This document shows, one piece after another, positions 57,875 to 64,000 of a stretch of DNA of 64,000 nt. Both the position numbers and the translations under genes were made by a program. The notes beneath the pieces are model-generated. The model made no database searches. It had not been told where the DNA came from and saw nothing but the letters and a program-made list of their open reading frames with translations. Origin of the DNA: Strigamia acuminata (taxonomy: Eukaryota); NCBI GenBank assembly GCA_949358305.1, contig OX442314.1, forward strand, positions 29,450,001 to 29,514,000, read 5' to 3'. How positions within the stretch are numbered: the first letter of the stretch is position 1; every line of letters starts with the position of its first letter.

Positions 57875-58559
57875 CGAAGAGATTCCTGCGGACAGACAGC
57901 GCTTGTTTTTGACGGACGGGCGAACACTGAAGAACGAATCCAAAATCGCCGATTGCAACATTGGTCAGAATGTTGTCAAAGTTGCTCTGACGATATTAAA
58001 AGAAGATATGATAAATATCGTCGTGAAGACGTTGACTTCGAGGTATATAAACATCTTGATTGGGAAATACGAAACGGTGGAAGACTTGAAGCTTAAAATT
58101 CAAGACAAGGAAGGAATTCCGCCCGATCAGCAGCGATTTATTTTTGGTGGTCAACAATTGGAGGATAATTTTACGTTGTCGCATTATTTTATTGGAGAAA
58201 AAGCGTCGTTGCATTTGGTTTTGAGATTGAGTGGCGGGGATAGTACGGCAGTGATCATTCAAATTCGTACGTCGATTGGCGAAGTGTTTTCAATTGGGTT
58301 TTGTCCTCTGAGTACGACGATAGGGAAGGTTAAACGCATTGTGGAAGAGACGAGAGGGTTTTTGGTCAGAGATCAAAAGCTTTATTTGAATAATGAAGAA
58401 CTGAGCGATGAAAATAGAGAATTACGAGATTATGGTGTCAGCGGAGCGGAGGATATCTGGATTGCAAAAACTTACGTATTCGATTTAATATTGATCTCTA
58501 AAGCTCCGAGCTCCAAGTCTTCGCACGAAGATGAATCTTTGAATCTATTTTATGAATAA
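57875..58559 (+). pseudogene. 5'-truncated near-identical duplicate of multi-UBL gene 1
   Basis: Matches 54283-54967 and its downstream flank. Upstream exons are not present in 56900-57874. Confidence 0.8.
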
Positions 58560-58802
58560 TTTTTAGTTTTTTTCTTTTTTTAAAATTTTTTTTAACACGG
58601 AAAATGTGATTATTGTGTGAATAAAAGTTGTGTACGTTAATAATTAAATTCGCACATAGCCTCAAATTCACAGAATGTACGGATAGGGAAATTAAATTAA
58701 TCCTGGTTTAAAATGAGAAAAAAATGGCGACGGGAATTTCCAATGTCAATGAATGCAACATGCTATTGGTGGATTGCTGTTGTTACCTTGCAGGAAAGTG
58801 TA

Positions 58803-58957
58803 CAGGGCTGGACTGGGAACAAATTTATTACCGGGAAATCTGGGTGTCCGGGCCACAATTAATGAAGTCGGGACGGGCTACAGCGGGCCGCGACAGGCCA
58901 CAGCGGCCACGGGCCACCGGGAATCTCCCGGTAGCCCGCCGGGCCAGTCCAGCACTG
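58803..58957. mobile_element. hAT-type MITE, 155 bp
   Basis: TIRs CAGGGCTGGACTGG/CCAGTCCAGCACTG, 8-bp TSD AAAGTGTA, and the empty site in the paralogous flank near 55200. Confidence 0.9.
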
Positions 58958-59064
58958 AAAGTGTATTCGTCCAACAAACGGCATTTTCTATTCTATTTTA
59001 AGGGTATGAAAGGAAGTATAACCCTAAATCACCTTCGAAAAGTGGGAAATGGAAAAGTAATGAC

Positions 59065-60827
59065 GGCTCGGTTTAAAACGTGGAGCTTGGAGCTCTAATG
59101 GAGTGCTCCAAATTCAGATTTCGCCACCAGGCGGCGACATATTTTTACCAGGACTGTGCATGCGATAATTCAGTAAGATGGCCTAGTGAAGTTGGTTTTT
59201 TGATTGAATTTTTCTCATTTCGAGGCAAGTAAATTAAATTATGTTATATTACATTTTATTTTTGGTGTCAATTACACGAAAGAAGCTTTTAACTGGGATT
59301 CTATTTCTTCCACTGTCTGAGTACCTAAACGGGGAAAGAAGCAATTTCAGAATTTGCGCTAACGTGGATTCATAGTTGAACAGTTCATGACTAACAATGT
59401 CATGACTAACAATGACAAAACTTTAGGCCTATACAGATGAAAAAAAAGTGTTTAATTATAGAAAAATAATTTGCATTTTTATTTTTAAATCTTAGATACA
59501 TTTTTAAATCACAGATGCTTTTAAATCACGTATTTTTAAATCTTAGATACATTTTTAAATCACAGATGCTTTTAAATCACATATTTTTAAATCAAATTTT
59601 TAAATCACAAACATTTTAAGAAATATATCTTAACAACAGACAATCTTAAGAAATTTTTTAAAACAAACACTCTTCAAAAATAGGGAGTGCTGACCAAGAG
59701 CAGACTCACATTACAACAGGGCAATAAAAGGGGAAAGTTACATAGGGTAACGAATACTGTATAGCATTATTCCGCATTATTGAAATATTCAATTAATCAA
59801 AAAAGCGATAGAAATAAAAAACGATAGAATTAAAATAAATCAAATTTAATATAATTTTATTTAAATGAATTTTATTTTATCTACCTCAATCTCTATCGAC
59901 ACGGAAAAATTCACACTGATTTCTAATGGTTGGCACAAATTCAGGAATTATTGAGCAAGGTGGTGTAATTTATCAGAATATCTTTCTTGATGATTAACAC
60001 TAGAACGGCCAGACCGGTCATTTTGACCGGTATAGCTGTTTAAAACAGCTGCAGCAATAAACCCAATGGGTTTATCATCGAAATCATCGAAAGTTGCATT
60101 TTTCTTAAGAAATAATGGAAAAAAAATGGATTGACCTAGAACGGCCAAAATGAACGGTTGAAATCACCTGAACAATACGTGTACCAAACTGCACTAAACG
60201 TGCACCAAACGTGCACAATATGTGCACAATGCGTGCAAACAACGTTTTGGCATCATCTGATTAAGTAACACGCGAAACATGCGAAGAAAATAGCAAAACA
60301 AAAATTGATGGTTTTTATAAAATCTGATAAAATTAAAAACGGAAATTTAATTTCATCAGGTTTTATAATAACCATCAATTTTTGTTTTGGTATTTTCTTC
60401 GCATATTTCGCGTGTTATTGAATCAATTTGATGTCAAAACGTTGTATGCACGTATTGTGCATGTTTTGTGAAAGTATTTTGCCCATTTGGTGCACGTACT
60501 GTTCACGTTATTGCAACCGGTCATTTTAACCGGTTTCGGCCGTTCTAGGTAGGCCGATATTCCGGCCGTTCTAGTGTTAAAACAGAAAATAAAATAAAAT
60601 AAAATATAGTTTAATTTAATTTAAATGAATTTTATCTACCTCAATCTCCATCACACGGGGAAAATGCAATTCACAGCTAATTTCATCATTTCGAATTGTT
60701 GAGCAAAATGGCGTCACAAACATTTATCACATGCACGGTCCTGGTAAAAGTTTGTCGCTACCTGGTGGCGAAATCTGAATTTGGAGCGCTCCATTGGAGC
60801 GCGGAGCTCCACGTTTTCAACCGAGCC
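59065..60827. mobile_element. Mutator-like non-autonomous element
   Basis: TIRs of about 105 bp starting GGCTCGGTT, 9-bp TSD AGTAATGAC, and the empty site near 55294. Confidence 0.88.
59998..60576. mobile_element. piggyBac-type foldback MITE nested in the Mutator-like element
   Basis: TTAA-CACTAGAACGGCC...GGCCGTTCTAGTG-TTAA with a long internal imperfect palindrome (about 60135-60550). Confidence 0.85.
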
Positions 60828-60865
60828 AGTAATGACAGGGTGTGGTTCGAACTCGAGGTAAATTA

Positions 60866-61850
60866 CACTGCAAAAAATTAAGTTACTTTAGAATAAGGCC
60901 CGCTTCAGAATGGGCCCAAAATTTGGTTACTTACCAAAAAAGGCACGCTGATACCGAAAATAACACTCAAAGGTGTCGGAAATTAAGCTAGCTAGTTGAA
61001 AACGCTGAGTGAAAGCCCTCGTTTGCATCAGCCAAGCAGTGGTGCGCCGCCATTTCCCCTCGAAGCGGCAGCGCCGTTAAAATTTAAACAATGTGAACGA
61101 GAGCACAACCACCAAAACTAAATTTGTTCGCACTTTCCCGCGTGTTTCAAAGTAGGGAGACTTACCTTGAGTGGCTGTGGGAGGCTGTATTTGGTAAGTA
61201 CCGCGTGATTTTTTTTCTAACAAGGGGTGGGTTAGCGCCCCCCCCCCCCTTGACCCCCCGCGAATCTCACCTTAACCGGTTTTTTTGATGCAGACAGCCA
61301 AACAACCTAACCTAACCTAACCTGACCTGACCCAACAGAGTAACAATGGCAGCCGCACAGCAGCTTGGCTAATGCAAACCAGAGCTTTCACTCAGCGTTT
61401 TCAACCAGAGAACTTAAATTCCGACACTTTTGAGTGTCATTTTCGGAATCAGCATGGTTTGTTTGCTAGGTAGACAAATTTTCGGCCCATTCTGAAGCGG
61501 GCCCTATTCTAAAGTAAGCCCCAAAAAATTTTGGATTTCCAAAAAAAAAGTCATTGGAAAGTTAATGGTTAAATTGGATAAATTCCAGTTTTGAAATATA
61601 ATGGAAAGGAAATGTGAAATATTTTATGGAAAGTTGAATTTCTATAAATTTACAACACTGAAAGATCATGTTGTAAGTTTTTGTTAAATGTATGGAAAGC
61701 TAATGTAAACTAGGTTTGGAAATTTAAATTTATGTAAATTTTCAACATTAAAAGATGACATTTTAGTTTTTGTTCAATGTGTGGAAAGCTAATGTAAACT
61801 AGGTATGGAAATTTAAATTTCTATAAATTTTCAACACTGAAAGATGATGT
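60866..61850. mobile_element. Probable left end of a CACTG-terminated (CMC/Transib-like) element with subterminal repeats; right end not seen
   Basis: Homology to the gene 1 flank stops at CACTGCAAAAAA. Repeats of about 105 bp lie at about 61625-61850. Confidence 0.45.
60880..61521. mobile_element. Mutator-like foldback MITE with (CCTAA)n
   Basis: Imperfect TIRs of about 160 bp, flanking 9-bp repeat CAAAAAATT (60871-60879, 61522-61530), and AACCT repeats near 61304-61323. Confidence 0.75.
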
Positions 61851-62829
61851 TGCAACAAGGCTACTTGAATACTATAAGGGTGCGCCATCTGGCAAAAAAA
61901 TAGCAATTTTGCGTGCATCGATCTGCGCACAACGTGACTGATGGGACCTTGATGTCACAGATTATAATCTGTATTGTTGTATCACCGGCCATGCATGGCG
62001 TCAAATTAAATTTAATTAAATTTAATTTACACGCATGAAATTACTCTCAATTTTATTTTATTTTATGTTAATATAAAATTCGAGTATTATATCTCCGTAT
62101 TAAATATCCCTAGCAATCTAATATCACATATACCAGAATATTTTAGTACTTTTACATACGTCACTAGTCCCGTTGACAACGTCATATTTTTCAACCAATG
62201 ACGGCAAAGTAAGCAGAATGCACCCCTCTGATGTTGCAAATTATTGTAATTTGTGGTGACCTCAAATATTCCTATTTGAGTGCGCACCATATTTCCAAAT
62301 TGTCTTATAAACATATTCAACAAGCTTATATGTTTTGTTTCAATGTAAATTGAAATAAAACATACATTAATAAAATATAAAACAAGACACAATATTACCC
62401 AAATAATATTGTGTTTTGCAGCAAGTTTTGGCCCAGCAACAGCGTCAACCAATCGCGCTGCAGCGTGCATTGCTTTGATGATGCTGCTAGGCGTGTGCCT
62501 GGGCGGAGCATCCCTTCCCCTCGCGCGTGCCCGGCTCGATTGTTGCACACGACCCGAAGGCGGCCGTGTGTGATCTTCATGCAACTCGTCATCTGCGCAG
62601 CTTTTCTGAGCAGATTTAGAAGTGAGCCAAACGGTTTTGGCCCACTCTTCCCGCATTCTTGATTCTGCTTCCAAACCATTCACATCTGTGTCAAACTTAT
62701 GCCAACCATTGCTAAGTGTGATCTGTGATATCTGGAAGAGTTGAGATTCATTGCTGGTCCGTGCCAACTGTACGGAATAGCGCCTTTCTGCTTGAATTAC
62801 TACGCGTAATTTAAGCCATTTCTGTGTGG

Positions 62830-63041
62830 AATTGACATAGAGCTTGCTCTGTCAATTTGAAGGCTTTGTGTTGAGTTTAACTCCACAAAGCGAACTGTGT
62901 TAAGACGGATTGTTACGTCGAGCTTGCTCCGTAATAATCACTTTCACTGTGTGTGAGAAGTATTCTCGTGTCGAGCGTGCTCCACGAGGATTTTAGAATA
63001 TTTAGCAACGTATTTTAGCGTCGAGTTTACTCCGCTAAAAT
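62830..63041 (+). other. Array of five bulged hairpins with a conserved apical motif
   Basis: Each has an 8-10 bp variable stem, a 2-nt 5' bulge and GAGY-N2-3-RCTC. Located at 62830, 62863, 62908, 62962 and 63012. Confidence 0.85.
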
Positions 63042-63407
63042 CCCGCGCTCACACGACGCCGTCGACGCCATCTTGGAGCCAACGGTCAACTGTGAGTGTA
63101 CATTTGAAGAAGAAGCCAGATCGACCCCAAACATTTTAAATAATACCTCCTTTGTATTTTGAACGATTAAAACTATCTAATTTTTCCTTTACTCTGTGTA
63201 AAATCATTCCCCTAGACAAACATTTGGCCACAGAGTAGAAGTCCTGTACGGCATCTCTACGACGATTGCTTATTGAATTTACATAATTTAATAAGTAAAA
63301 ACCCGGATCGCCGCACTTGGGGGCCCGTCCGGGATAGTTTTGATTGTTAAAATTCGATTTTTGCAAAAAAATCCATTATTTCCATTGTTCTTTTTCAATT
63401 TGACAAA

Positions 63408-64000
63408 ATGGCGACGCCAATGCAAATTGTAAAACGACAGCGAGGTCGACCAAGCACTCAGAAACGAGCAGCGACGGTTTTGCCGGCTCTCGAGCCTGAA
63501 ATGCTTATGGAGAAAATTATTTCCGAGGAAATAACACCAGTTCCAGATCCGAAACAACTTAAGGATGCTGAAAATGAAGTTGCTAGAGCATTAAGCGCTT
63601 CAAGTGCGAGTTCTAACGACCAAGAACTCCCGCCACTTCCACTGGAGGAAGTGGAAAATACGTTACGTGAAATGGAAAGTGAATCGTCTCACGAATCACC
63701 TCCTCGCATGACCATGTTGGATGCTTTGAGAAATCAAGCACGCCAGGATGGCGCCCAAATAACGGACGACATGACGGTGGAAGAGATTCATCGCGCCATG
63801 ATACGACTTCACACTGACCGAGCCGTTTCAAATTTAAAATTTGAAATGGAACGGAAAGAAGCAGAGCTTCAACAACAAAAAGCTGAGGTTGAGCTTCAAC
63901 ACATGGAACTCAATCGACAAAATGAGGAATTTCTAGCCCAAAAAGCTAGAGAATACCGATTAAAAGGTGAAGTGGAAGATCTTTCTAAAATGAACGCTAG
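63408..64000 (+). CDS. Incomplete ORF, possibly gag/ORF1 of another retroelement
   Basis: ATG 63408 (MATPMQIVKRQRGRPSTQK...) is open for 197 codons to the window end, with an RGRP motif and a coiled-coil-like C-part. Absent from the ORF track because it has no stop. Confidence 0.6.
   Translation, partial: MATPMQIVKRQRGRPSTQKRAATVLPALEPEMLMEKIISEEITPVPDPKQLKDAENEVARALSASSASSNDQELPPLPLEEVENTLREMESESSHESPPRMTMLDALRNQARQDGAQITDDMTVEEIHRAMIRLHTDRAVSNLKFEMERKEAELQQQKAEVELQHMELNRQNEEFLAQKAREYRLKGEVEDLSKMNA

Noticed and set aside
35297..58559. Functional link between the retrotransposon Ulp1-like protease and the neighbouring UBL genes
   Set aside because: Gypsy C is a recent nested insertion 17 kb away, and proximity alone is not evidence.
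61304..61323. Interstitial telomere (TTAGG)n
   Set aside because: Only about four units, inside a MITE.
62087..62767. 226-aa minus-strand ORF
   Set aside because: Non-ATG start, mixed composition and no recognisable domain.
62769..63102. TGTAC...GTACA segment as the LTR of the last element
   Set aside because: No tRNA-like PBS follows and no second copy is in the window, so it cannot be confirmed.

Overview
This is eukaryotic DNA, probably arthropod (inferred from a copia-type half-tRNA primer site, an MBD-carrying Copia, (TTAGG)n and an arthropod-like 5S). Positions 1-42923 are a nest of five LTR retroelements. Env-bearing Gypsy B (9871-42923, -) is the host. Gypsy C (27788-37559, +) sits in its pol tail, Copia D (10913-26202, -) sits in its env, a non-autonomous LTR element E (11659-21089) sits inside Copia D, and Gypsy A (<1-9870, -) abuts or interrupts its 3' LTR. 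The strongest candidate for novelty is Gypsy C. It looks intact and young, and in the position of env it carries a third ORF with a complete Ulp1/SENP-type (C48) protease signature, a possible anti-silencing deSUMOylase. Copia D carries an MBD-like domain behind integrase. Positions 44021-52844 hold two convergent 5S rRNA genes. One is split by an 8.4-kb Helitron-like insert, which contains Copia F; F has a 1.1-kb inverted copy of its own integrase region in its leader, a potential dsRNA source. Positions 53598-58559 are a cluster of spliced genes encoding four tandem ubiquitin-like domains with a conserved internal Gly-Gly. A stack of MITEs follows, then an array of five covarying bulged hairpins upstream of an ORF that runs off the window end. 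All calls were made by eye and no database search was run.
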